DNA of 64,000 nt from Candidatus Wolfebacteria bacterium GW2011_GWA1_44_24 (GCA_001001115.1 LCIO01000002.1:2848-66847), one strand, 5' to 3'; positions 41,684-51,610 are shown, counted from the first letter of the stretch. The notes: a model not told the origin generated them from the letters alone. Translations and numbers: made by a program.

Positions 41684-42247
41684 ATGCCTTATCAATCGGT
41701 TTTAGAAGAACAATTGAAAAAAGGAGAGTATTTGTCAATCGGCTGGCCGTGGCGGCTGTTTGTTTTTACGCTGATTATTTTTTTTCTTTTGGTTTTCATT
41801 TATTTCGGCGTGACTCTCGGCTTAAAGCCGTATTTGAAATCCCAAATCAGGAATTCTGAGCAAAAAATTTCCGATTTGAATCAATCGGTCGACGAATCCC
41901 AACAAAAGCAGCTGCTTGGTTTTTATTCCCAATTGGTCAATATCAAAGATATAATTAACAGCCGGAAAACCATTTCTCAGATTTTTGATTTTATCGAAAA
42001 AAACACTTATCAAACCGTCGGCTATAATATTTTAAATTTCAATCTCGCCGACAGAGAGGCGAAAATAGGGGGTTTGGCGCCTGATTATGAAACTTTAACC
42101 AAAGAAATAGCGTTGTTTGAAAAATCCGAAAGTGTTGAAAAAGTAATGCTGGAAAATTCATCAATTGGCGAGTCGATAAAAAGCAAAGCCGACGGAGTGA
42201 GATTTACGCTCAGATTGATTTTTAAACCGGGATTTTTCAATCAATGA
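41684..42247 (+). CDS. pilN: PilN-like pilus assembly membrane protein
   Basis: 187 aa. One TM (WRLFVFTLIIFFLLVFIYFGV), a coiled segment and a small alpha/beta C-terminal domain. Sits between pilM and pilO. Confidence 0.55.
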   Translation: MPYQSVLEEQLKKGEYLSIGWPWRLFVFTLIIFFLLVFIYFGVTLGLKPYLKSQIRNSEQKISDLNQSVDESQQKQLLGFYSQLVNIKDIINSRKTISQIFDFIEKNTYQTVGYNILNFNLADREAKIGGLAPDYETLTKEIALFEKSESVEKVMLENSSIGESIKSKADGVRFTLRLIFKPGFFNQ

Positions 42248-42795
42248 AAGCCACAACCAAAAGGACAATGAGTATTCTGGCGTCGATTATTCTTTTAATC
42301 GGCTCCGTATTCGTTTATGCGTCGTTTATCAAACCGGCCTACGAAGAAGTTTCAAATTTGAAAACCAAAAGCGTCAATTTGGAACAGAGCTTCAATTCTT
42401 ATCAGTCGTTAAACAATCAATTTCAGAATTTACTTAATGAGTATAAAAATCTGGGAGACTTGGCAAAGCAGATTTCGCTGATTCTGCCGTCGAATCTTGA
42501 CACGGCTTATGTTCTTTCTCAAATTACCGGCATTGCCGGATTGAATAATTTGGGAATTCAATCATTAAGCGTAAAACAGCTCGCCATCGAACCATCTTCG
42601 GAACCGTTTACCAGGGGGTTGGGAGTTCTCGGGATTGATTTAAGGGCCGGCGGTTCTTACGATAATTTCAAGGCATTTTTAAACGGATTGGAGACTAATG
42701 TGATGATTTCCAACCCAATTAATTTCAAGGTGGAAAAACAGGGAGATAATTTGGTATATACAATGACAATTGAAGCATATTATCAAGCGGAATAA
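42244..42795 (+). CDS. pilO: PilO-like pilus assembly membrane protein
   Basis: 183 aa. TM ILASIILLIGSVFVYASFI, coiled coil, ...IDLRAGGSYDNFKAFLNGLETNVMISNPINFKV.... Confidence 0.55.
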   Translation: MKATTKRTMSILASIILLIGSVFVYASFIKPAYEEVSNLKTKSVNLEQSFNSYQSLNNQFQNLLNEYKNLGDLAKQISLILPSNLDTAYVLSQITGIAGLNNLGIQSLSVKQLAIEPSSEPFTRGLGVLGIDLRAGGSYDNFKAFLNGLETNVMISNPINFKVEKQGDNLVYTMTIEAYYQAE

Positions 42796-42798
42796 ATT

Positions 42799-43083
42799 AT
42801 GGCCATTCTTATAGAAGAAGAAAAAAGAAAAATAAACTGGTTTGCGCTTATCGTTGTTTTGGCGATTGTAGCGGCGCTGACCGCGGCGGTTTATTATTTC
42901 TTTTTCACCAATCCGCCTTTGATTGAAGTGGTGGTTCCCGGCCGTTTGAAAATGCTTGAAGAAACTTCTCGGATAAAACTTAATCCGGCGGAAATCTTGG
43001 ATAGCCCCGCGCTTAAAAATTTGAAAATCCAGGTGCCCGAACTGGTTCCCGAATCCGCCTTTAATCCAAACCCGTTTAAATAA
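42799..43083 (+). CDS. Small single-TM protein of the pilus operon
   Basis: 94 aa. WFALIVVLAIVAALTAAVYYFFF. Tightly packed between pilO and pilB. Confidence 0.55.
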   Translation: MAILIEEEKRKINWFALIVVLAIVAALTAAVYYFFFTNPPLIEVVVPGRLKMLEETSRIKLNPAEILDSPALKNLKIQVPELVPESAFNPNPFK

Positions 43084-44829
43084 ATGGACAACAAGGTTTT
43101 GCTCCAAGAACTGGTTAAGCAGAATTTGATTTCCGAAGAAGCCGCCAAAAAACTTTTGAACGAAGCGTCACTCGTCAAGCGCGGCATTGAAGATTTGATT
43201 TATGAGCGCCGCCTCATTGACGAAGAAAAATTAGCAAGCGCCAAGAGTCAGATACTCAAGGTTCCTTACAAAAAAATCAAAGTTGAAGAAATTCCCGAAG
43301 ATGTATTGAAGCTGATTCCCGAAGAAACCGTCAGAAATTATAAAGCGGTTCCCGTCAGCCAGTCCGGCGATACGCTGATTGTCGGAATGCTTAATCCGGA
43401 CGACCCGAAAGCCCAAGACGCTTTGAAATTTATCGCTCGCCAGATAAAAACCAATTTGGGAGTTTATTTGATTTCTCCTTCTGCTTGGGAAGCGGCCTTG
43501 AGGCGTTATTCGCCCTATCGCAGCGAAGTGGAAGCGGCAGTGAAATCTTTGAATTTAATTTCAATGAAAGATTCGGCTGTCGGCCGGATAATCCAGCTTG
43601 AAGAAAGCGGAAAAACCGCGGCCAGTGAAGAAGCGCCGATTATTAAAATTGTGGCTTCCACCCTGAAGGAAGCGGTATGGCAAAAGGCCTCGGATATTCA
43701 TATTGAACCGCAGAGGAACCGTTTGCGGATTCGTTTTCGGATTGACGGAGAACTTCAAGAAGTTTCTTCCATGCCGCTTGAGCTTCATCAGCCGATAGTT
43801 TCCCGAATCAAAGTTTTGTCTAATTTGAAAATTGACGAGAATCGCATTCCGCAGGACGGTCGTTTCCGCACCGTGCTTTTCGGACGGGACATCGATTATC
43901 GGGTTGCGACTTTTCCCACGCCGGTCGGCGAAAAAGCGGCTGTCCGGGTGCTTGACCCGAGCGTGGGACTTAAGGGTTTGGAAGAATTGGGATTGGTGGG
44001 AAAAAATCTTGAAACGGTAAAAAATGGCATTAAAAAACCGTATGGCATGATTCTTATTACTGGTCCGACCGGCTCCGGAAAAACCACAACTTTGTACGCT
44101 GTTATGCGGGACTTGAACAAAGAAGCGGCAAATATCGTCAGCTTGGAAGACCCGGTTGAGTATTTTATAGACGGCTTGAATCAATCCCAAGTCAGGCCGG
44201 AAATCGGCTATGATTTTGCCAGCGGTTTGCGCCAGATTTTAAGGCAAGACCCGGATATCATTATGGTTGGTGAAATTCGCGACAATGAGACGGCTGGTTT
44301 GGCGATTCACGCGGCTTTAACCGGCCATATTGTGCTTTCAACACTTCACACCAATGATGCGGCAGGCGTCATTCCGAGGCTTATTGACATGAAAGTGGAG
44401 CCGTTTTTGTTGCCATCGTCTTTGAATTTGATGCTGGCCCAGCGTTTGGTTTCCCGACTTTGCCAGCAATGCAAAAAAGCGGAAAAAGCGCCGGCGGAAA
44501 TTTCCGAAATTATTAAGAAGGAATTGGAAAAGTTGCCTAAGGAAATTATTGAAAATTCAAAATTTAAAATTGAAGATTTGAATATTTATCATTCTTCGGG
44601 CTGTCCGGTTTGTAAAAATAAAGGAGTCAGCGGTCGGGTCGCTTTATTTGAAATTTTGGAAATGACGCCGCAATTGGAAAATATTGTCAGCGCGGGCTTG
44701 AGCGAATCAAAAATTTTGGAAGAAGCCAAACGGCAGGGGATGATTAGTTTGCGTCAGGACGGAATTCTTAAAGCTCTTCAGGGGCTGGTGTCAATTGAAG
44801 AAGTATTGAGGGAAACGACGGAAATTTGA
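43084..44829 (+). CDS. pilB: Type IV pilus assembly ATPase PilB (GspE family)
   Basis: 581 aa. GSPII N-terminal domain, ILITGPTGSGKTTTLYA (Walker A), ...IMVGEIRDNETA..., HIVLSTLHTNDA, and a tetracysteine motif CQQC...CPVC. Confidence 0.93.
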   Translation: MDNKVLLQELVKQNLISEEAAKKLLNEASLVKRGIEDLIYERRLIDEEKLASAKSQILKVPYKKIKVEEIPEDVLKLIPEETVRNYKAVPVSQSGDTLIVGMLNPDDPKAQDALKFIARQIKTNLGVYLISPSAWEAALRRYSPYRSEVEAAVKSLNLISMKDSAVGRIIQLEESGKTAASEEAPIIKIVASTLKEAVWQKASDIHIEPQRNRLRIRFRIDGELQEVSSMPLELHQPIVSRIKVLSNLKIDENRIPQDGRFRTVLFGRDIDYRVATFPTPVGEKAAVRVLDPSVGLKGLEELGLVGKNLETVKNGIKKPYGMILITGPTGSGKTTTLYAVMRDLNKEAANIVSLEDPVEYFIDGLNQSQVRPEIGYDFASGLRQILRQDPDIIMVGEIRDNETAGLAIHAALTGHIVLSTLHTNDAAGVIPRLIDMKVEPFLLPSSLNLMLAQRLVSRLCQQCKKAEKAPAEISEIIKKELEKLPKEIIENSKFKIEDLNIYHSSGCPVCKNKGVSGRVALFEILEMTPQLENIVSAGLSESKILEEAKRQGMISLRQDGILKALQGLVSIEEVLRETTEI

Positions 44830-44835
44830 TATAAT
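44827..44835 (+). promoter_or_regulatory. Extended -10 element (TGaTATAAT) 7 nt upstream of the pilT ATG
   Basis: tTGaTATAAT aataaaa ATG (44843). It lies in the 13-nt gap after the pilB stop and partly within the pilB 3' end. Confidence 0.4.
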
Positions 44836-44842
44836 AATAAAA

Positions 44843-45913
44843 ATGGATTACAAACAAAAATTAAATGATTTATTGTTGACCACGGCTCAGCAAAATGCTT
44901 CGGATTTGCATTTGGCGGTCGGCCGCCGGCCGACTTTAAGAATTGACGGAGCGCTGGTGCCGCTTCAAAAAGAGGCGATTCTGACACCGGAAGCGGCCAA
45001 GGAACTGGTTTTCGCTCTTTTGACGCCGGAACAAAAAGAAAATTTTTTAAGAGAAAGAGAGGTGGATTTCGCTTATGCTTTTGAAGACAAAGCCAGGTTC
45101 CGGATTAATGTTTTTTATCAGCGAGGTTATGAAGCGGCCGCTTTGCGTTATATTCCTTCTCAGATTAAAACCATCGAAGAATTAAATTTACCGCCCATTT
45201 TGCATGATTTTGTGAAATTATCGCAAGGATTTGTTTTGTTGGTCGGGCCGGCCGGACACGGTAAATCAACCACCTTGGCGGCGATGCTTGACGAAATCAA
45301 TCACGGCCAGATGGACCATATTATCACCGTCGAAGACCCGATTGAATACATATTCGCTCAGGATAAAAGCATTGTTTCTCAAAGAGAGGTGGGAATAGAC
45401 ACGCCGGAATTTCATAAAGCGCTTCGTTCGGTTTTGCGCCAAGACCCGGATGTGATTATGGTCGGCGAAATGAGGGACGCCGAGTCGATTGCCACGGCTT
45501 TGACCGCGTCGGAAACCGGACATTTGGTTTTTTCGACTCTCCACACCAATTCGGCTTCACAGACGGTTGACCGGATTATTGACAGTTTTCCGGCTGAACA
45601 GCAGCAGCAAGTGGCTTCTCAGCTGGCGGCGACTTTAGTCGGTATTATTTCCGAAAGATTGATTCCCAAAATAGGCGGCGGCCGAGTGCCGGTTTGCGAA
45701 ATTATGATTGTTAATCCGGCCATCCGCAATTTAATAAGAGAAAGGAAAGCGTATCAGATTGATTTGGTTATTGAAACCAGTTCTCAGGAAGGAATGATAA
45801 CCTTGAATCGTTCTCTGGTGAATTTGGTAAAAAACAGCGAAATTTCTTTGGAAAACGCGGAATTATATTCATTGAATCCAAGCGAGTTAAGAATATTAAT
45901 GGAGAGAAGTTAA
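44843..45913 (+). CDS. pilT: Type IV pilus retraction ATPase PilT
   Basis: 356 aa. ASDLHL, LLVGPAGHGKSTTLAA, IMVGEMRD, HLVFSTLHTNSA. Confidence 0.92.
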   Translation: MDYKQKLNDLLLTTAQQNASDLHLAVGRRPTLRIDGALVPLQKEAILTPEAAKELVFALLTPEQKENFLREREVDFAYAFEDKARFRINVFYQRGYEAAALRYIPSQIKTIEELNLPPILHDFVKLSQGFVLLVGPAGHGKSTTLAAMLDEINHGQMDHIITVEDPIEYIFAQDKSIVSQREVGIDTPEFHKALRSVLRQDPDVIMVGEMRDAESIATALTASETGHLVFSTLHTNSASQTVDRIIDSFPAEQQQQVASQLAATLVGIISERLIPKIGGGRVPVCEIMIVNPAIRNLIRERKAYQIDLVIETSSQEGMITLNRSLVNLVKNSEISLENAELYSLNPSELRILMERS

Positions 45914-45914
45914 A

Positions 45915-47129
45915 ATGAAATATAAATACACCGCCAGAACTAAAGAGGGGGAATTGCAAGCCGGTTCCGTGGAAGCGCCCTCCAATGAAGCGGCGGCCAA
46001 TATTTTAAACAGTCACGAACTTTTTGTTCTTTCTTTGGAAGGAGCGGAAGCCAAGCGTTGGCTTGACGGCGTTTTGGCGTTTGTTAATCGCGTTAAACTC
46101 GGCGATGTTATGGTTTTTACCCGGCAATTCGCCACCCTTTTGGAATCTCAAGTTCCTTTGGGAGAAAGCATCCGTAGTCTCCATCAACAGACCAGAAACC
46201 CCATTCTTAAAGAAGCGATTTACGAGATTGCTTCTGATATTGACGCGGGATTGTCGCTTTCCCAATCCTTAGAGCGACAGAACGCCGTTTTTTCCGATTT
46301 TTATATTAATATGGTGCGTTCAGCCGAGATCACCGGCCGTTTGGAAAATTCTCTGAGTTTTTTGGCCGATTATCTGGAAAAGGAAACTGTCTGGCATTTA
46401 AAAATCCGCAATGCTTTGATTTATCCGGCTTTTATTGTTTCCTTGTTTTTCGGCGTTGTCGTTATTCTTTTAACGGTTGTTTTTCCGAAACTCAGTTCAG
46501 TTTTTGAAGAATCCAACGTGAAACTTCCGTTAATCACCAAAATTTTGTTGAGTGGCGGCAATTTTATGCTTGAATGGTGGTGGCTGGTTATTTTATTGGC
46601 TATTTTGCTGATTGCGGTTTTCGTCAATTATTTTAAGTCTTTGGAGGGGGGAATTGTTTTGAGCGAATTGATTTTCCGAACGCCGGTTTTTGGAGAATTA
46701 TTCAAAAAAATTTATATCGCGCGTTTCACCGAATCGTTGAGCGTGCTTATCAAGGGCGGCGTCCCCATCACTCAAGCCATTGAAATTGCTTCGCATAACA
46801 TCGGCAATTTGATTTATCGCGACATTCTTCATGAAATCGGCGAACAAGTCAAAGCCGGCGAGTCGCTTTCCTCGCTTTTATTTCAAAATGAACATTATTT
46901 CCCGCCGCTGGTCGGCCAAATGGTTTCCGTGGGCGAAACCACCGGCCGGCTGGACCAGCTTCTGTCAAAAATTTCTTCTTTTTATACCAGAGAAGTTGAC
47001 GACATCATTGATAATTTAACGGAATTAATTCAACCGATGATTATCGCCGTCATTGGCATTTTTGTCGGCTTGCTGTTTGCGGCGGTGCTCATTCCGATAT
47101 ATAATTTAGCACAGGGGTTTAAAATATAA
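45915..47129 (+). CDS. pilC: Type IV pilus platform protein PilC (GspF family)
   Basis: 404 aa. Two GspF repeats (FTRQFATLLESQVPLGESI...; ARFTESLSVLIKGGVPITQAI...) and three TMs. Confidence 0.9.
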   Translation: MKYKYTARTKEGELQAGSVEAPSNEAAANILNSHELFVLSLEGAEAKRWLDGVLAFVNRVKLGDVMVFTRQFATLLESQVPLGESIRSLHQQTRNPILKEAIYEIASDIDAGLSLSQSLERQNAVFSDFYINMVRSAEITGRLENSLSFLADYLEKETVWHLKIRNALIYPAFIVSLFFGVVVILLTVVFPKLSSVFEESNVKLPLITKILLSGGNFMLEWWWLVILLAILLIAVFVNYFKSLEGGIVLSELIFRTPVFGELFKKIYIARFTESLSVLIKGGVPITQAIEIASHNIGNLIYRDILHEIGEQVKAGESLSSLLFQNEHYFPPLVGQMVSVGETTGRLDQLLSKISSFYTREVDDIIDNLTELIQPMIIAVIGIFVGLLFAAVLIPIYNLAQGFKI

Positions 47130-47201
47130 AAAATATCAGCGTATGACATTTTTAATCAAGGTCGAGAATTCACAAAAAATTCTAAAATTACCAATAAAAT
47201 C

Positions 47202-47636
47202 ATGAAAAAAGGTTTCACGTTAATAGAAATGCTCATCGTTATCGCCATTATCGCGATTTTAGCGTCGGTATTTTTGGTCGGACTCAGGGGTTTTCGGGGC
47301 AGCGCTTACGATTCAAGAAGAATCACCGACCTTCAAAAAGTTCAGGGATATCTGGAAGTTTATTACACCAAAAATCGACAATATCCCAATGTTTCCGCTT
47401 GGAGCGCGCTTCAGACAGAATTGGTAAATGCCCAAATGGGCATCACTGCCATTCCTAATGACCCATTGCCCGGAGGTGTTTATCATTACGGCGTTAATTC
47501 TACCGACAGACAAAGTTATGTTTTGGGCGCCAGATTTTCAACCAGCGACCATTCGGCTTTGAAAGAGCCGACCGAAGTCGACGGAACTGTTTTTGGCGTC
47601 AACTGCGACGACCCGGTATTCTGCATCCAATTTTAA
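47202..47636 (+). CDS. Type IV (major) pilin with class III signal peptide
   Basis: 144 aa. MKKG|FTLIEMLIVIAIIAILASV prepilin cleavage/methylation motif, and a C-terminal Cys pair (VNCDDPVFC). Confidence 0.9.
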   Translation: MKKGFTLIEMLIVIAIIAILASVFLVGLRGFRGSAYDSRRITDLQKVQGYLEVYYTKNRQYPNVSAWSALQTELVNAQMGITAIPNDPLPGGVYHYGVNSTDRQSYVLGARFSTSDHSALKEPTEVDGTVFGVNCDDPVFCIQF

Positions 47637-47644
47637 TCTAATAA

Positions 47645-48502
47645 ATGGCGCATATCATTCTTTTTATTTTTGGCCTGGCAATCGGCAGTTTTTTGAACGT
47701 TGTTTCTTTGCGTTATCAGCCCAGACAAAAACTTTTGGATTTAAAAATTATCAACGGCCGTTCGCGCTGTCCGCATTGTTCCAAAGAATTGAGATGGTTT
47801 GAACTGGCGCCGATTTTGAGTTATATAATTCAAAAAGGTCGATGCCGTTCTTGCGGCCGAAGAATTTCATTCCAATATCCTCTGGTGGAATTGTTAAGCG
47901 GGCTGATTTTTGTTTTTATCCCGTTAGTTTTTTTTAATGATAATTTTCAATCTTTCAATCTTTTATTTTTTCAATCCGTTGTCTGGATTTTGATTTTTAC
48001 GATTTTTCTTTTGCTTTCAATCATTGATTATTATCATTCGATTATTCCCGACTCAATAAATTTATTATTAGCGGCGCTGGGAGTCGTTTTAATTTTTATT
48101 CATAATTTATACTTCATGCTTCATAATTCATTTTTGGGGCATTATGCTTTGCTTTTCGGTTTTCAGGAAAACATCTGGATTAATCGCTTTTTTGCCGCCG
48201 CGATTTCAATGATTTTTATCGCGGCGGTGATTATTTTAAGCCGGGGACGGGGAATGGGTTGGGGAGATTTTAAGCTGGTCGGGGCTTTGGGCTTGATTTA
48301 CGGCTGGCCGGACATTTTAATGATTTTATTTCTGGCTTTCGTTATCGGCGCCGTCTTTGTCACTCCGCTTCTACTTAAAAAGCGGAAGACAATAAAAGAT
48401 GCTGTTCCTTTCGGACCTTTTTTAGTCATCGCGTCCGTTTTGGTTTTTTTCCTTGGTTATCAGATAATCGATGGCTACTTTAAGTTGTTTGGATTATACT
48501 GA
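47645..48502 (+). CDS. pilD: Prepilin peptidase / N-methyltransferase PilD (A24 family)
   Basis: 285 aa. CPHC...CRSC zinc motif in the first cytoplasmic loop, a multi-TM body, and GMGWGDFKL with the conserved Asp. Confidence 0.9.
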   Translation: MAHIILFIFGLAIGSFLNVVSLRYQPRQKLLDLKIINGRSRCPHCSKELRWFELAPILSYIIQKGRCRSCGRRISFQYPLVELLSGLIFVFIPLVFFNDNFQSFNLLFFQSVVWILIFTIFLLLSIIDYYHSIIPDSINLLLAALGVVLIFIHNLYFMLHNSFLGHYALLFGFQENIWINRFFAAAISMIFIAAVIILSRGRGMGWGDFKLVGALGLIYGWPDILMILFLAFVIGAVFVTPLLLKKRKTIKDAVPFGPFLVIASVLVFFLGYQIIDGYFKLFGLY

Positions 48503-48510
48503 ATTTATCC

Positions 48511-49086
48511 ATGAGGCGTTTAGTGGAGATATTTTTAAGACGGATCTTAAATAATTCCGAAAATGAGAGCGGCTTTACAATTGTGGAGTTGCTGGTGGTT
48601 TTCGGCGTTATTATGCTTTTGACAACGGGTTTTATTTTTTATAATCGCGCCTCTGAGCGTCAGTTAATTTTGTTCAAAGAACAGGTGAAAATAGTCGGCG
48701 TTTTGAATAAGGTTAAATCTTTGGCCATCGCCACTTATGGAGAAACAACGGTGCCTTGCGGTTACGGTGTTCATTTTGAAGCGCCGAATAAAATAATTAT
48801 TTTTAAAGAAATTCCGGCTCAAGCCGACGATTTAGCATGTCTTTCGGTTGACGGCGTTTATACGGCGGCCAATCTTGCCGAAAAACAAGAAGAAATTTTA
48901 TTGGATAAAACAATAAAATTTAAAGAACTTCAATTGAGAGATATTTTATTTATTCCGCCGAATCCTTTGGTTATTATAGATGCCGATTTTTCGAAAATCG
49001 AAGCTTTAATTAAAATTGAAACTCTTAATGGCGAATCGGAAAGAATAATTAAGGTAATAAACAGCGGGCAAATAACAATTCAATGA
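48511..49086 (+). CDS. Minor (pseudo)pilin with prepilin N-terminal motif
   Basis: 191 aa. ...ESG|FTIVELLVVFGVIMLLT.... Confidence 0.75.
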   Translation: MRRLVEIFLRRILNNSENESGFTIVELLVVFGVIMLLTTGFIFYNRASERQLILFKEQVKIVGVLNKVKSLAIATYGETTVPCGYGVHFEAPNKIIIFKEIPAQADDLACLSVDGVYTAANLAEKQEEILLDKTIKFKELQLRDILFIPPNPLVIIDADFSKIEALIKIETLNGESERIIKVINSGQITIQ

Positions 49087-49565
49087 CAAATTCCAATGAA
49101 AAAGGCTATTTATTGATTGAGGCGATGGTCGCCGCCACTCTTCTAATAGTCGGATTTTTGGGAGTTTTAGGACTAGTTTCCCAATCGCTCGGTTTAAGTC
49201 GTTTTGTTAGCGATGAATTTGCCGCTAATTATCTGGCGATGGAAGGCGTTGAAGTGGTGAAAAATTTGATTGACGCCAACACCATTAAAAATCAGCCGTG
49301 GAATCAGGGATTTTCCAGCGAAAAGTGCTATGAAATTGATTATAATACTTCTGACATCGGTTCGGCGACGGAAGTCAGATGTCCGGATGCCAGTTCTAAT
49401 TTTATTTCAATCAGCGGTAAAACCACTCCTTTCAAACGGACTGTCCACATTGTTCCGGTCAGCGCCGATGAAATTAAAGTCAATTCAATTGTTAAGTGGA
49501 GCGGCCGTGGCGGCGGAAAATTCGAGATAAATATGGAAGATCATTTTTTTAATTGGAGGCCATAA
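49083..49565 (+). CDS. Minor (pseudo)pilin with prepilin-like N-terminus
   Basis: 160 aa. ...NEKG|YLLIEAMVAATLLIVGFLG.... Confidence 0.7.
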   Translation: MTNSNEKGYLLIEAMVAATLLIVGFLGVLGLVSQSLGLSRFVSDEFAANYLAMEGVEVVKNLIDANTIKNQPWNQGFSSEKCYEIDYNTSDIGSATEVRCPDASSNFISISGKTTPFKRTVHIVPVSADEIKVNSIVKWSGRGGGKFEINMEDHFFNWRP

Positions 49566-49570
49566 TTTAT

Positions 49571-50110
49571 ATGAGAATTTTCAAAATCAAAAATGGTTTT
49601 ACCTTAGTTGAACTTATTGTTTCGATGGGATTATTTGTTGTCTTAACATCGATTGCCGTCGGCGGTTTTGTGAATGTTTTGAGAAATCAAAGAATAGCCG
49701 TGTCTCTGATAACGGTCAATGACAATACGGGTTTGACTTTGGAACAAATGGCGAGAGAAATCAGAACCGGTTATAATTTCAGTAAAATTTCCAATACCGA
49801 ATTGGAATTCGTTAATTCTTACAATTTTAAAGTGAAATATCGTTTAAATGGAGGAGCAATAGAAAAAGGAACGGAATTTTTCGGAACAACCAGTTATCAA
49901 AAAATCACGGCAGACAATGTTTTAATTTCCGTTTTTAATATCAATGTTTGTGGCAAAAACATTAACGGAACAACGCTTGGCAATTGCGGCAAAGGCGGCA
50001 ATCTTTATTTTCCGAGAATTACTTTGAATTTGTCTGTTACCAGCGCCGAACCGGATATCAAAAAATTAAATATTTTTACTGATATCCAAACGACTATCAG
50101 CGCCAGATAA
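49571..50110 (+). CDS. Minor (pseudo)pilin with prepilin N-terminal motif
   Basis: The ATG at 49571 gives MRIFKIKNG|FTLVELIVSMGLFVVLTS.... The track start at 49553 overlaps the upstream gene. Confidence 0.75.
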   Translation: MRIFKIKNGFTLVELIVSMGLFVVLTSIAVGGFVNVLRNQRIAVSLITVNDNTGLTLEQMAREIRTGYNFSKISNTELEFVNSYNFKVKYRLNGGAIEKGTEFFGTTSYQKITADNVLISVFNINVCGKNINGTTLGNCGKGGNLYFPRITLNLSVTSAEPDIKKLNIFTDIQTTISAR

Positions 50111-50121
50111 CAATCAAAGTT

Positions 50122-51489
50122 TCAATATTTAATTTCTCCGAAAAATACGGCGAAATTTTTATTTTGGTCGTTATAATCGATTAAATCTGTTTTTCCATCG
50201 GGCGCGATAATGCCGGCATAATCCCTTACGCCGCTCGCAATAATCGGCGTTTTCAGCCAAACCGCCTCGATTTTTCTTAAATTATTAGTCAGATACAGAA
50301 AGTGTTTTATTCCCATATCAAGCCAGCGGTTGCTTGTGGGATTGACGAAAAAGCGGACGCCCATTTTTTTATATTTTGCGAGAATTCCCGGATAATGGAT
50401 TTCCAGGCAGATTAGCGCGGCAAAAGGAATTTTCCCGTCAAGCATCAGAATTTTTTTCTCGCCAGAAGAATAAGCGTTTTGCGGATTAAAAACAACGTAA
50501 TTCTCGTATTGCGGCTTGTTTTTTTTAAGCCAATCAAAGAAAAACGGCCGCCATCTGCCAAAGGGCCAGTATTCGCCGATAAAAGTCAGCTGATTTTTAT
50601 TGTAAATATCCACAACTTCTCCGTTCTTATTCAACAAAAGAGTTGAATTGTATTTTTTATTGTTTTGAATGGTGTCAAAAGTAGCTAATAAATCGTTATT
50701 TAGATTTTTGGCTAGGTGTTGAAAATTAGCCGGAGAAAAATTTCCAGAATCGTCGTTAAAAATGTCTTCGGGAAAAATCAATAAATCAACCCGTTGAGCC
50801 GCCAATTCATTTTTAATTTGTTCGAATTGGGTTCTCTCAAATTTTTCACTAACGGAAACAACCGCGATTTTGAGAGAATTTTTAAGATTGCCGTAATCGG
50901 CTGAAATTTTTTTTAGTTGGTAATTTGAAAATCTCCAGGCGGCAATTATTAAAATAATTAAGAAGGCAGAATTAAGAATCAAGATTTTTTTGTTCAACGA
51001 GATTTTTAATATTAGAGCGACGATTAAAACGTTGATTATTGCCGTGAAAAAAATGAGAAGCGTTAATCCGCCGACAGCTGCCAGTCCCAAAAACGGCGAT
51101 GAACCGAAAATATTGCCGCTGGTCATAATAAAAGCCGGCAAAAAAGAATAACGGGCTTGGAGATAATCAAATAAAGTCCAGGCAAAAGGAAGAATAAAAA
51201 TTAACCGACCGGCCCCAGAAAGTTTTTTCATGATGAAAATCGTTATTGCTAGGCCGAGAAAAATTGAGAACGAGAAAAACCAAGTAATCGGTTCAAAAGT
51301 ATAATAGACGGTTCCGAGAGCAAAAATGAATCTAAAAATTAAAGTTCCGGCAACGAGCCGCCAGAATTTTTCTTCTTTAAGAAAGAAAATAAAAAGCGGC
51401 GCGAGAAAAACAAATCCCAAAATCCAAAAATAAGAGAACGGCAGAAAAGCCAAAATTCCCAAAAAAGCCGAAAAAACGGGCAAAATCAT
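50122..51489 (-). CDS. lnt: Apolipoprotein N-acyltransferase (Lnt): multi-TM N-terminus + CN-hydrolase domain
   Basis: 455 aa with about 7 N-terminal TMs. DLLIFPEDIF (Glu), YNKNQLTFIGEYWPFG (Lys...GEY.P), ALICLEIHYPG (Cys). Together these match the Lnt E-K-C triad pattern. TGaTATGAT lies 6 nt upstream of the ATG. Confidence 0.8.
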   Translation of the reverse strand: MILPVFSAFLGILAFLPFSYFWILGFVFLAPLFIFFLKEEKFWRLVAGTLIFRFIFALGTVYYTFEPITWFFSFSIFLGLAITIFIMKKLSGAGRLIFILPFAWTLFDYLQARYSFLPAFIMTSGNIFGSSPFLGLAAVGGLTLLIFFTAIINVLIVALILKISLNKKILILNSAFLIILIIAAWRFSNYQLKKISADYGNLKNSLKIAVVSVSEKFERTQFEQIKNELAAQRVDLLIFPEDIFNDDSGNFSPANFQHLAKNLNNDLLATFDTIQNNKKYNSTLLLNKNGEVVDIYNKNQLTFIGEYWPFGRWRPFFFDWLKKNKPQYENYVVFNPQNAYSSGEKKILMLDGKIPFAALICLEIHYPGILAKYKKMGVRFFVNPTSNRWLDMGIKHFLYLTNNLRKIEAVWLKTPIIASGVRDYAGIIAPDGKTDLIDYNDQNKNFAVFFGEIKY

Positions 51490-51526
51490 TTGATAATCAT
51501 ATCAAATTAAATCTTGCTCGACCATC

Positions 51527-51554
51527 TTGACATTTTTTAAATTAGGGATATAAT
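51527..51554 (+). promoter_or_regulatory. Consensus sigma70 promoter (TTGACA-16-TATAAT) for the 51611 gene
   Basis: TTGACAttttttaaattagggaTATAAT, then a ~55-nt leader with SD AAAGGAGG. It shares TTGACATTTTTTAAA and a downstream AGAATTA with the promoter at 52092. Confidence 0.75.
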
Positions 51555-51610
51555 TTCAATAGAATTATATTTTTTAACAACTTAATCCTAAACATAAAAA
51601 GGAGGCGAAA

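Noticed and set aside
43561-44190. Long antisense ORFs inside conserved genes (for example 43561-44190 in pilB, 53723-54262, 7372-7962, 24436-24855 and 25101-25553 in rpoC)
   Set aside because: They lie opposite well-supported conserved CDS, have skewed Arg/Phe/Asn-rich composition, and have no start-site signals. They are treated as shadow ORFs.
47212-47220. GTTTCACGT half of a parS-like palindrome
   Set aside because: Only one half-site is present. It lies inside the pilin coding sequence (codons for GFTL), and the second half (GAAAC) is absent.
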